Shown in pieces: positions 55,308 through 64,000 of a DNA stretch of 64,000 bases. Both the position numbers and the translations under genes were made by a program. The notes beneath the pieces were generated by a model that saw only the letters and a program-made list of their open reading frames with translations, made no database searches and was not told the DNA's origin. Position 1 is the first letter of the stretch. Every line of letters begins with the position of its first letter. The DNA is from Abditibacterium sp. (GTDB lineage Bacteria; Armatimonadota; Abditibacteriia; Abditibacteriales; Abditibacteriaceae): contig OZ251992.1 in the NCBI GenBank assembly GCA_965246885.1, forward strand, positions 896,001 to 960,000. The letters run 5' to 3'.

Positions 55308-56456
55308 TTAACCGGAAATAAGGATGCCCGGAGCGAGCATCGCGGGTTGGCTGACGTGGCCCGAAGAGGCCCAATCAGTGCGGCAGGTCAGGCGTGGGAT
55401 GAGCTTCATCGCCACGCACCGGTGGGTGGCACCGGAGGTCAAGTTGTGATGGCGCTGCCAGAGCATTTCGGCGGCGGCCCGTCCGATTTCCTCCCAAGGC
55501 AAGCGCGCGCTGGTCAGTAGCAGGTCGCTACGCGAGTCGTCATCGAACCCCGCGAGGGCGGGCCACTTGTCACGTGGCACCCCGGCGCGGCGCAACTCCT
55601 TCAACAGTTCGAGAGCGATGGGGTCGTTGGCGACGACCACCGCTGACACCGATTCGTAGCCTCCCTCCTCGACAAAGATGCGCGCTACTTCGCGGGCGGC
55701 GATGGCGTGCTCTTCGGCGTCGAACTCCGAAACCGTGCTACCCGGATGAAACGAGAGCGGCTCCAAACCGCGTTCGCACAGCAACGCTCGCCAGCCTTCC
55801 TCGCGCGCTTGCGACCAATGCAGGTTCTGGTTGCTCGCCGTGTGCAAGGCCACAAAAGCGATGTCGCGGTGCCCCTCTTCGAGCAGATGCTGCGTGACTT
55901 GGCGCCCTCCAGCGTGGTCATCGAAAGAGATGCTGTCGCGTCCGAACGGGTCGTGCGCACCAGCACCATCTCCAAACCATACGCGGGCCGTGCCAAATAA
56001 CTCGCAGTCCAGCCACGCTCCCCACTCGAACACTCCGGCAACGGCGGGCACCCCATCCTGCTGGAATTGCCACGCTTGTTCGGCTGACCATGTGAGTGCC
56101 GCGCCACCCGCAAGCGCAACGGCGTCTTCAAAACCTCTCCTCACGTGGCGATCCCGATCCGAAGGGCTACCGGTGGGATAAATAAACACATACTCTTCGC
56201 GGGGCTGCCCGTTCGAGCGCAACACCGACGACTCACCAGCAAACATTCCCACTTTGGGCACCGCGCGAAACAAGCCTTCGTCGGCCAACGTTCGCAACGC
56301 TTGGTGCGCTATGTGGTTCGTGACCCCATGCGTTTGCGCGATTTCTCGCACGGACGGCATCACGACCCCCGGCGTCGCACGGGCATCACGAAGCAAGGAG
56401 CGCAGTGCTTCTTCCACTACGCGCCGTTGCTTCTGAGTTTCCTTGCGGGTTGCCAT
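55308..56456 (-). CDS. GntR-HTH / LacI-type sugar-binding transcriptional regulator
   Basis: MPSVREIA...GMF N-terminal HTH; GHRDIAF, AND..A, GFDD. Confidence 0.85.
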   Translation of the reverse strand: MATRKETQKQRRVVEEALRSLLRDARATPGVVMPSVREIAQTHGVTNHIAHQALRTLADEGLFRAVPKVGMFAGESSVLRSNGQPREEYVFIYPTGSPSDRDRHVRRGFEDAVALAGGAALTWSAEQAWQFQQDGVPAVAGVFEWGAWLDCELFGTARVWFGDGAGAHDPFGRDSISFDDHAGGRQVTQHLLEEGHRDIAFVALHTASNQNLHWSQAREEGWRALLCERGLEPLSFHPGSTVSEFDAEEHAIAAREVARIFVEEGGYESVSAVVVANDPIALELLKELRRAGVPRDKWPALAGFDDDSRSDLLLTSARLPWEEIGRAAAEMLWQRHHNLTSGATHRCVAMKLIPRLTCRTDWASSGHVSQPAMLAPGILISG

Positions 56457-56461
56457 GATTG

Positions 56462-56500
56462 CTGCTTCTAATATACCCAGATTCAGACAGCTTCAAACAG
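56462..56500 (-). promoter_or_regulatory. Putative promoter/operator, copy 1
   Basis: TATATT 13 nt upstream of the regulator ATG; TGTTTG/TGTCTG direct repeats. Confidence 0.65.
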
Positions 56501-56639
56501 GAAAACGCCTTTTTTTGAAAATTTTTTTTTCGCGCCCGAATTTCTCCTGAAAACTTCACCCGACAGCGCGGATTTTAAAGGCCCCCACGCGCTTTTGACA
56601 ACGCCCCCGGCGAACGCCCCACACTAAGCACCTCTCTAC

Positions 56640-57620
56640 ATGGGCGATTATTTTCTCGGCATAGATGGCGGCGGGTCGAAGACGCGCGCGGTGGTAGTGG
56701 GCGCGCGCTACGAAGTCGTCGGGCGCGGCGAAGCGGGCGCCTCCAATCATTTCGCGGTCGGTGTACCGACGGCGGCGCGCAACTGCGCACTTGCGGCGCA
56801 AAACGCGCTGACCAATGCGCTCAGTCTCGATGCTGCCTTCGATGAGAGCACGGTGCGGTCGTGGGGCATCGGGTTGGCGGGCGTGCGGCGCGAAGTGGAC
56901 GCGGCGCGCATGCGCGATGCCCTCGGCGTGGTGTGCACCCTGCCGTTCGCTTTGGAAACCGATGTGGTCGCGGCGCACGCCGGGGCGTTCGCGGGCGCGA
57001 CGGGCATTGTGGTATCGGCGGGCACGGGAGCCATTACCTTTGGCGCCGATGAGTTCGGCGCGCGCGTTTATGCCGACGGTTGGGGGCCGATATTGGGCGA
57101 CGAGGGCGGCGGCTACTGGATTGGCGTCGAGGCGCTCCGCGCGACGTGCCGCTCTTTGGATGGCCGCGCGCACCCGACACCCCTTGCGCCCGCCGTGATG
57201 GAGTGGCTCGACGTGGCGGACGGTGACGAACTGGTGCACTTCATTCACTCGTCCGACATCACCCGTGACCGCATCGCGTCCCTCGCGCGCGTGGTTTCCA
57301 AGTGCGCCGACGACGGCATCGCCGAAGCCATCGAAATCCGCGCGCGTGCGGCGGCGGCGCTGTCGCGCGGCGTCAAGTGCGTGGGCAAGTCGCTCCTGCA
57401 AAGCCGCCAAGACCATAACGCCGCGCCGGTCGAGATGCTCATTTCCCTGCGCGGCGGCCTGTTCGACGACGACTTCCTGCGCGCCACCGTCGGCTTCAAC
57501 GCGACCGAAGCAATGGTCGAACTCAAGCGCGACTTCCTGCCCATTTCCGGCTGGCGCGTCGTCAAACCCCAATTCGACGCTGCCATCGGCGCCGCCATCT
57601 TGGGGCAACTGAGCCTTTAA
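56640..57620 (+). CDS. BadF/BadG/BcrA/BcrD-family sugar (GlcNAc/MurNAc) kinase
   Basis: LGIDGGGSKT, AGTG, GWG.ILGDEGGG.WIG. Confidence 0.9.
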   Translation: MGDYFLGIDGGGSKTRAVVVGARYEVVGRGEAGASNHFAVGVPTAARNCALAAQNALTNALSLDAAFDESTVRSWGIGLAGVRREVDAARMRDALGVVCTLPFALETDVVAAHAGAFAGATGIVVSAGTGAITFGADEFGARVYADGWGPILGDEGGGYWIGVEALRATCRSLDGRAHPTPLAPAVMEWLDVADGDELVHFIHSSDITRDRIASLARVVSKCADDGIAEAIEIRARAAAALSRGVKCVGKSLLQSRQDHNAAPVEMLISLRGGLFDDDFLRATVGFNATEAMVELKRDFLPISGWRVVKPQFDAAIGAAILGQLSL

Positions 57621-57630
57621 CCCGGCCCGG

Positions 57631-59451
57631 CTACGGTTGCGGAAGAGAATCCCACTTCCCCGGCGCCGTATTGGGGTGGAACTGGTCTTCGGTCGGTAGC
57701 GGCACGGCCTCCAACACGCGCGCCACCTGCGCGGGCGAGTAATCCGGGCGCTTGTGGAACAGCAAGACGCGCGGGTGTTCATAAACGCTCAGCGCTTCTT
57801 CCAGCCCACCGTCGGGGAAGCGGAGCGGCCCGAAGCCGGGATAGTCCGTGAATTCCTGCTCCTTCCCAAAGCCCAACTCGCCCGCGAACAGCGCGCGGTA
57901 GAATGCGCTCATCATCGGCCACTTTTGCGGCCAGCGCGGGATGTTCTGCCAACTGCGGCCCGACGAGATAAAAATCCAATCGCTCGCGTTCAGCGTCTCT
58001 TCAATGTGCGCGCGCTTCTTGGGTGTGTCGAGGTCGTACGACTCCAACTGCACCGCTTGCATCGCCTTCGATGGGTCGTCTCCCGGCGGCACCCACGAAA
58101 TCGGTAGCCCCTCGTCCCAACTCGTCTCCGTTGCGACGCGCGTTCCCGGCGCGACGTGCGCGACGATCCAGCGCGAGGCTTCCATACGCGGATGGGGGCG
58201 CCCATAGATGGCCGTCACCGCCGTGCCCCACACGAACGAGTAGAGGAGCGCCGCTCCCGCGAGCGGACGTAGCTTCGGGCGGCGCGCGAGCAGTTCGCGC
58301 CAAAAGTGGGCCGCCAGCAGCGCGAACATCGGCGTGAGTGGCAGGAAGTAGCGCGTGAACTTTGAGAACTGTGCTCCCTGCACGCCCAACGACACGAGCG
58401 CAAATAGCGCGGCGACGAGTAGAACCGGCGCGCTCTTCGGGCGACGACGCACCGACAAAGCGCCGCCCGCAATGCCAGCCAGCAAAAGCGGCCAGCCAAA
58501 GCCCCACCAGCCCAAATTGGAAAGCGCGAACAACCAACGCGCGCGGCCTATCCACTGCACGTCGAAGGGCACGTCCGCCTCGCCGCTCGTGATGGCCAAC
58601 TGTTGCCCGAAATCGCCCACCCACTTTGCGTACCTCACGCGCTCCCACCAGTTGCCATCCGCCACGTTTTGCAAAAAGCGCGGGTCGAGCCGTACATCGA
58701 GCGGCCCACTCGCGCCCATGAATACCATTGGGTCGAGAACGCGGAACGTCCATAGCGCGACCAAAAAACTGCCGAGGGCAAGCGGCAAGGCGTGTCTCCC
58801 TCCATGTCGCCGCCACGCCAGCACCACAAACCCAAGCCACGCGACGGCGAAAAACAGCCCCGATAGCTTGCACGCGAGCGAGCACCCGAACCACAGCCCC
58901 AAGCCAAGGGCGTCCCACCATCGGCGCGTGTCCAACCAACGCGCGCCGTTCCAAAACGCGAGCGTGAGAAACGTTGCCGCGAACGTGTCGGTCGTGAAGA
59001 AATGGCTTTGCTGGATGTTCAGTGCCGCGAGCGAGAGCAGCGCCCCCGCGACCAAGCCGCCCATCGCACCTCCCAAGACGCGCCGCCCAATCAACACCGT
59101 AAACAGCACCGCGAGGCAATCAAACAGCCCCGACAAGGCGCGCAAAAGGGGCAGCAGGTCGCGGATGTCGGTCTTCGTGCCCGCCGCCCACTTGCCCAGA
59201 AAAAGCGGCAACTGCCCATACACGTAGTGCTGGTCTTTGATGTTGTCGGGGTTCATCGGGCTGTGCGCCGAATCGAACCACTCCCCAACCGACGAAGGCC
59301 ACGACAGTTGCGGCACCAAGCCGGAGCAAAAGCGCTCATCCGGGTGTAATGCCGCGCCCTCGTCCCAGTTCAAGCCATAAAAGCGGCACGCGAAACCGAA
59401 CAGGAGCAGGAGCAAAAGCCAAACGTGGGGTGAGCGCAAGCGCGAGGGCAT
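57631..59451 (-). CDS. GT-C-fold membrane glycosyltransferase (PMT/ArnT-like)
   Basis: HPDE loop, QQSHFFTTD, many TM helices, RYFLP. Confidence 0.82.
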   Translation of the reverse strand: MPSRLRSPHVWLLLLLLFGFACRFYGLNWDEGAALHPDERFCSGLVPQLSWPSSVGEWFDSAHSPMNPDNIKDQHYVYGQLPLFLGKWAAGTKTDIRDLLPLLRALSGLFDCLAVLFTVLIGRRVLGGAMGGLVAGALLSLAALNIQQSHFFTTDTFAATFLTLAFWNGARWLDTRRWWDALGLGLWFGCSLACKLSGLFFAVAWLGFVVLAWRRHGGRHALPLALGSFLVALWTFRVLDPMVFMGASGPLDVRLDPRFLQNVADGNWWERVRYAKWVGDFGQQLAITSGEADVPFDVQWIGRARWLFALSNLGWWGFGWPLLLAGIAGGALSVRRRPKSAPVLLVAALFALVSLGVQGAQFSKFTRYFLPLTPMFALLAAHFWRELLARRPKLRPLAGAALLYSFVWGTAVTAIYGRPHPRMEASRWIVAHVAPGTRVATETSWDEGLPISWVPPGDDPSKAMQAVQLESYDLDTPKKRAHIEETLNASDWIFISSGRSWQNIPRWPQKWPMMSAFYRALFAGELGFGKEQEFTDYPGFGPLRFPDGGLEEALSVYEHPRVLLFHKRPDYSPAQVARVLEAVPLPTEDQFHPNTAPGKWDSLPQP

Positions 59452-59619
59452 GAAGTCGAAAAGTTTGACAGGGAGCGGGAAGCAGTCCCCGCTTCCCCTG
59501 AATAAATTCAGGGGCAACGCTGCGCGTTGCGCCGACTGTTCGCGGGTGCGAACAACACGGACTACCTTCTTGTTCACGAAGGTGAACAGTTCCGCCAAAA
59601 GCGGGCGTAGCCCCTCATT

Positions 59620-60525
59620 TCAATGAGGGGAACCCTGACCCGCACCGATTGGCTCAATCTCTGCCGCGTATACCGCCGTGCGCGCGGTGATGAACAGCGT
59701 CTTGCCGTCCGTGCCGCCAAAGCACAGGTTGGCCGGGTCTTGCGGAACGGCGATGAGGCCGACGAGTTTGCCATCCGTCCCATACACCCGCACGCCTCCC
59801 GGCGCGGCGACGAACAGGCGGCCCGATAGGTCGCACTTCATGCCGTCGGGGTCGCCCGGTTTGGGAACCGTGTCGAGCGGGGTCTTATGCGACAAAGCGC
59901 CATCGGGGGCAACATCGTAAACCCACAGCGTTCCGGCTTGCGAGTCGTCCACATAAAGGCGACTAAAGTCGGGCGCAAAGCACAAACCGTTGGGCTGTTG
60001 CCAATCGCGGTCGAGCAGTTCCAGTTTGCCATCGGGGTGCAAGCGGAACAGGCCGCGAAAGTCGAGGGGGTCGGCACGCCCCGAAGTGCCGTATGTGGGA
60101 TCGGAGAAATAGATGGAGCCATCGGAGAAAATCGCCAAGTCGTTGGGCGCGTTGAGGGCGTGGCCCTCGTAGGATTCGGTGAGGGTTTGAAAAGTGTCGT
60201 CCGGCGCTTTGCGGGACACGCGGTCGACTTCGCACGATACCAAGCGGCTCCCCGCGTCGTAGGCGTTGCCGTTCGAGTGGCCGGTGGGGTGACGGACAAC
60301 CTCGGTTTTTCCCGCGAGGGTCGCCTTCCATAAGGTGTTGCCGGGGATGTCGGAAAATAGGAAGAAGCCGCGCGGATTCCAAACCGGGCCTTCGACAAAG
60401 CCGAATCCGTGCGCGACTTCGCGGACTTGGGCCGGAAAAACGGGAAGCGCGGGTGCTGTTTGCGCGCGCGCACCACCCGCAAAGGAGCAGAGCAGGGCCA
60501 GAAAAGAGATGGTGCGAAGTGGCAT
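59620..60525 (-). CDS. SMP-30/gluconolactonase-family protein
   Basis: EGPVW, FSDIP, NAPND, PNG, PDGM; signal peptide. Confidence 0.92.
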   Translation of the reverse strand: MPLRTISFLALLCSFAGGARAQTAPALPVFPAQVREVAHGFGFVEGPVWNPRGFFLFSDIPGNTLWKATLAGKTEVVRHPTGHSNGNAYDAGSRLVSCEVDRVSRKAPDDTFQTLTESYEGHALNAPNDLAIFSDGSIYFSDPTYGTSGRADPLDFRGLFRLHPDGKLELLDRDWQQPNGLCFAPDFSRLYVDDSQAGTLWVYDVAPDGALSHKTPLDTVPKPGDPDGMKCDLSGRLFVAAPGGVRVYGTDGKLVGLIAVPQDPANLCFGGTDGKTLFITARTAVYAAEIEPIGAGQGSPH

Positions 60526-60587
60526 TAAGGTGGGGCAGTGGGGGATACTGCGAGCAGTATCCCCCCGCAGCGTTGCTCCGCGCGGCC

Positions 60588-60616
60588 TTGCGAGTGGGTG
60601 CGGGAGTAGTTATAAT
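60588..60616 (+). promoter_or_regulatory. Sigma70-type promoter for the tRNA
   Basis: TTGCGA-17 nt-TATAAT. Confidence 0.8.
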
Positions 60617-60630
60617 CTCTCTTCGTCTTT

Positions 60631-60702
60631 GGCGCTATCGTCTATCGGTTAGGACGTCGGCCTTTCACGCCGGTAAGGCGGGTTCGACTCCCGCTAGCGC
60701 TA
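60631..60702 (+). tRNA. tRNA-Glu (TTC), CCA not encoded
   Basis: Cloverleaf: acceptor GGCGCTA/TAGCGCT, anticodon arm TCGGC-CTTTCAC-GCCGG, GGTTCGACTCC T arm. Confidence 0.96.
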
Positions 60703-60708
60703 CTTCTT

Positions 60709-60742
60709 CGGCCCGAACACAAGGTTCGGGCCGTTTTGTTTT
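60709..60742 (+). terminator. Intrinsic terminator after the tRNA
   Basis: CGGCCCGAAC / GTTCGGGCCG followed by TTTTGTTTT. Confidence 0.85.
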
Positions 60743-60795
60743 GGGTTCTCACATGCTTAGGCCAAAATGAGGCATACCCAAAGGGAGTTCTCTTT

Positions 60796-61860
60796 ATGCA
60801 AGCGCACCGCCCCGGCGATCTTCTCATAGTGGATGGCAACTCGCAGTTTCTCGCGCTCGCGGCGACCACGCTCAACCGGCGCGGGCACGCCGTGCGCGTG
60901 TGCGCTTATGCGCGCGAAGCGCGCGAGCACCTCGAACGGCACTCCTTCGACGCGCTTCTATGCGCTCTTGACTTACCCGATGGGTCGGGCGCCGAATTGT
61001 GCGCGTGGACGAAAAACCACGAGCACTTGTCCACTTTGCCCGTCGCCATGCTCGTGGACGCTGAGCGAGTCGCGCCCTCGAACGATCCGGTCGCCGACAT
61101 GATGCGCGAATACGCGCCCGACGCGCCCAAATTGGGGGGCTTGTTCGGGCCGGACGAGTTCATCGTGCGGCCCATTCGCGCCGAAGAGTTCGTCGTGCGC
61201 GTGGCGACCATGCTCAAAATGCGCCGCTACCGCGACGAAGTGGCGGGCACCATGAGTGCGCTCTTCGCCGTCGCCGAAGGCATCGAAGAACAGGACAGGC
61301 GCGCCAAAGGCCACTGCCGCCGCCTCGCCACCCTCTCCGTCTTGCTCGGCGCGGCTGCGGGCTGCGACGAATACCAGATGCTCACCTTGGAGCGCGCCGG
61401 TTACTTGCACGACATCGGTCGCGCCCAAATCCCCGGCGCCCTCATCGAAAAAGCTGACCCGCTCACCCCGCGCGAAAACGAGATTATGCGCGAACACCCC
61501 GTTCTGGGGGAGAAATTGTGTCACGGCGTCGCGGCGCTCCATCCGGTTTTGCCCATTATTCGCCATCACCACGAGCGCGGCGACGGGAGCGGCTACCCCG
61601 ACCGCTTGCGCGCCGAGCAAATCCCGCCTTTGGTGGCGCTGTTTTCCATCGTGGATGTCTTTGAGTCGCTGATGTCGTGGCGTCCGTATCGTCCGGCCAT
61701 GCCGCAGTGGCAGGCGCTGCAAACCCTGCAACGCGAAGCGCAAGCTGGTTTGTGGAATCACGAACTGGTCGAGCTTTTCGCGCGTAACGTTCTGCCGAGC
61801 GCCGACGAGCAATTGCGCGCGGCAGGCGTGGGATGGCCGGGACAGTTGCCTTCCCCTTGA
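60796..61860 (+). CDS. Receiver-like + HD-GYP c-di-GMP phosphodiesterase
   Basis: LHDIG, HHHERGDGSGYP, RPYR. Confidence 0.9.
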   Translation: MQAHRPGDLLIVDGNSQFLALAATTLNRRGHAVRVCAYAREAREHLERHSFDALLCALDLPDGSGAELCAWTKNHEHLSTLPVAMLVDAERVAPSNDPVADMMREYAPDAPKLGGLFGPDEFIVRPIRAEEFVVRVATMLKMRRYRDEVAGTMSALFAVAEGIEEQDRRAKGHCRRLATLSVLLGAAAGCDEYQMLTLERAGYLHDIGRAQIPGALIEKADPLTPRENEIMREHPVLGEKLCHGVAALHPVLPIIRHHHERGDGSGYPDRLRAEQIPPLVALFSIVDVFESLMSWRPYRPAMPQWQALQTLQREAQAGLWNHELVELFARNVLPSADEQLRAAGVGWPGQLPSP

Positions 61861-61915
61861 GCCTTAGCTTCCATTTGCCGCCGCCCTTCCCATGCGTTAA
61901 AGTCCTTGTCCGTAT

Positions 61916-63043
61916 ATGCAACCCGTTCGATTGGGCATCATCGGCTTGGGCAACATGGGCGCCGTCCACGCGCGCTCGATTGCCGCCATTCCCGAAGCGA
62001 CCTTGGTCGCCGTCGCCGACCAAAACCTCGCACTTGCGCGCACCATTGCAGGCGAAACCGGTGTCCGCGCGTTTCCCGATGCGAAGGCGCTACTTGAGTC
62101 GGGCGAAGTCGAAGCGGTTCTGGTGGCCACGCCGCACTTCTCGCACCCCGACATCACTTTCCAAGCCGCCAACAAGGGCGTTCATGTCTTGTGCGAAAAA
62201 CCCCTGACTGTCTCGGTGTCCGCCGCCAACACGATGGTTAGCGCTTGTGAAAGGGCGGGCGTGCTGCTGGGCGTCATGTTCCAACAACGCACGTCGCCCG
62301 CCCGCACCGAATTAAAAAAGATGATCGAGCGCGGCGAGTTGGGATCGCTCCATCGCATCAACATGGTCGCCCCTTGGTATCGCACTCAAGCGTATTACGA
62401 TTCCGGCTCATGGCGCGGCACGTGGCAAGGCGAGGGCGGCGGCATCCTCATGAACCAAGCGCCGCACTCGCTCGACCAGTTCGTGTGGCTGTTTGGCCGC
62501 TCGCCCCAGTTTGTGCAGGCGATTTGCGACACCCGCTTGCACACAATTGAAGTCGAAAACTTGGCGGTTGCCATTTGCGACTACGGCGACGGCGTCACCG
62601 GCCAGTTTTACGCTTCGACTTCGGACATTCCCACCGGAGAGTGCGTCGAAATCGCCGGAGACCGGGGCCTTGTTTGCCTTGATGAGCGCGGGTTGCGCTT
62701 CTTTGAACTCGAAACTCCTTTGTCCGATCACTTGAAAACTGCCAAGGGCGGCTTCGACGCCCCGGCTGGGGCGTGGCGCACCATTGCCACTGGCGGCGAC
62801 GAGCAAAGCCACCCGGCAGTCATCGCCGCTTTTGCCCGCGCCGTGCGCGCCGGGGATGCCTCGCTTCTCGTTGCCGATGGGCGGGCCGGACGCGCCGCTT
62901 TGGAATTGGCCAACGCCATTTTGCTCGCAGGATATACCCGCCGCGAAGTTGCCTTGCCTCTCGACAGCGCCGCCTTTGACGACATGCTTAGCCAATTGCA
63001 AGCGGGCACCGCCCCGCGCGAACTGCGCGCCCATGCCGGTTGA
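61916..63043 (+). CDS. Gfo/Idh/MocA oxidoreductase
   Basis: GIIGLG, ATPH, CEKP, GGGILMNQAPH. Confidence 0.93.
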   Translation: MQPVRLGIIGLGNMGAVHARSIAAIPEATLVAVADQNLALARTIAGETGVRAFPDAKALLESGEVEAVLVATPHFSHPDITFQAANKGVHVLCEKPLTVSVSAANTMVSACERAGVLLGVMFQQRTSPARTELKKMIERGELGSLHRINMVAPWYRTQAYYDSGSWRGTWQGEGGGILMNQAPHSLDQFVWLFGRSPQFVQAICDTRLHTIEVENLAVAICDYGDGVTGQFYASTSDIPTGECVEIAGDRGLVCLDERGLRFFELETPLSDHLKTAKGGFDAPAGAWRTIATGGDEQSHPAVIAAFARAVRAGDASLLVADGRAGRAALELANAILLAGYTRREVALPLDSAAFDDMLSQLQAGTAPRELRAHAG

Positions 63044-63048
63044 CGATG

Positions 63049-63195
63049 GGCGCGCATAATTCCTTCGTCGGCGCGCATGGGCGGACGGTTGGCGCATGTG
63101 CGGGAATTGGCGGCGCGTATCATTCCCCCGTCGGCGCGCATACGCGAACGGTCGGCGCGACCCGGTGGAGAGTCGGTGTGCATACGCGGACGGAA
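63049..63195. repeat. Degenerate 21-bp tandem array, 7 units
   Basis: GGCGC(G) at 63049, 63070, 63091, 63112, 63133, 63154; variant at 63175. Confidence 0.85.
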
Positions 63196-63304
63196 AAAGC
63201 GAACCTTGCAAAATTCCAACGGTAGCGGTGCCTGTTCTACTTGCTATCCCTACCATTCATGGCAAACAACCGAGGAGCCTCCTGATAAAATCAGAGGGTT
63301 TCTT

Positions 63305-64000
63305 ATGCGTATCGTCATTACCGGAGGAGCCGGATTCGTCGGCTCCCATTTATGCGACCGTTGTTTGGCCGAAGGGCACGAAGTCGTCGCCGTTGACAAC
63401 CTGATCACCGGCTCAACCGACAACATTGCCCACATTGAGTCCGAGCGGTTCTCTTACTCGCGCCAAAACATCTCCGAAGGCGTCTTCGTGGACGGCCCGG
63501 TGGACTTCATCCTCCACTTCGCTTCGCCCGCTTCGCCCGTTGATTACTTGGAATTGCCCATCCAAACCCTCAAAGTCGGCGCGCTTGGCACGCACAACGC
63601 GCTCGGTTTGGCGCGCGCCAAAGGCGCGGGGTTACTGCTCGCCTCAACTTCCGAGGTCTACGGCGACCCGCACGTTCACCCGCAACCCGAAGAGTACTGG
63701 GGCAACGTCAACCCCATCGGGCTACGCGGCTGCTATGACGAGGCCAAGCGGTTCGCCGAAGCCATCGTCATGGCTTACCACCGGATGCACGCCATTGACA
63801 CGAAAATCGTGCGCATCTTCAACACCTACGGCCCCCGCATGCGCTTGCGCGATGGGCGCATCGTGCCCAACTTCGTGCGCCAAGCCCTCGAAGGCGAATC
63901 GCTTACCATCTACGGCGACGGCAGCCAAACGCGCTCCTTCTGCTTTGTCACCGACCTCGTGGATGGCATTTATAAGTTGATGCTTTCCGACGAGCATCTG
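63305..64000 (+). CDS. UDP-glucuronic acid decarboxylase-family SDR, runs off the window end (not in the ORF track)
   Basis: [46 protein letters not shown]. Confidence 0.92.
   Translation, partial: MRIVITGGAGFVGSHLCDRCLAEGHEVVAVDNLITGSTDNIAHIESERFSYSRQNISEGVFVDGPVDFILHFASPASPVDYLELPIQTLKVGALGTHNALGLARAKGAGLLLASTSEVYGDPHVHPQPEEYWGNVNPIGLRGCYDEAKRFAEAIVMAYHRMHAIDTKIVRIFNTYGPRMRLRDGRIVPNFVRQALEGESLTIYGDGSQTRSFCFVTDLVDGIYKLMLSDEHL

Noticed and set aside
56556..57782. 408-aa minus-strand ORF
   Set aside because: Antisense shadow of the sugar kinase
60631..60800. tRNA-Glu as an integration site for a prophage or island
   Set aside because: No integrase and no duplicated tRNA 3' end seen in the window
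9763..63195. 21-bp arrays as CRISPR arrays
   Set aside because: Units are contiguous with no unique spacers of CRISPR length, repeats are degenerate, and no cas genes are present

Overview
A high-GC bacterial chromosome segment. The DUF1559 '[18 protein letters not shown]' pilin-like genes and the generally weak Shine-Dalgarno signals suggest Armatimonadota/Abditibacteriota, but this is inference. In order, the window holds: mntH-mntR; a surface-glycan locus (3 methyltransferases, 6 glycosyltransferases); a stand-alone SRA/YDG gene; a stand-alone fusA; two back-to-back toxin-antitoxin modules; a diguanylate cyclase; Uma2; a deoxyhypusine-synthase-like gene; a dcw cluster (mraZ-rsmH-ftsL-ftsI-//-murE-murF-mraY-//-murD-ftsW) interrupted by surface-protein genes and a putative toxin pair; a 13.5-kb carbohydrate-utilisation-like cluster (GntR/LacI regulator, two DUF1559 pilin-like genes, three PhyH dioxygenases, lectin/esterase/propeller proteins); a sugar kinase; a GT-C glycosyltransferase; a gluconolactonase; tRNA-Glu; an HD-GYP regulator; an oxidoreductase; and a partial UDP-glucuronate decarboxylase. 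The most interesting unexplained signals are: (1) an acidic leader peptide MDDDEDDDELA inside an attenuator-like structure upstream of fusA; (2) two secreted proteins ending in an identical DPSNLAAQ tail next to an FN3 domain that lacks exactly that first strand; (3) a 7-bp tandem repeat that puts a Kelch surface protein out of frame with its likely start codon; (4) at least eight degenerate arrays, mostly unrelated in sequence, all with a 21-bp period; (5) a duplicated murE 5' fragment marking an insertion. All family calls come from motif recognition by eye; no searches were run.
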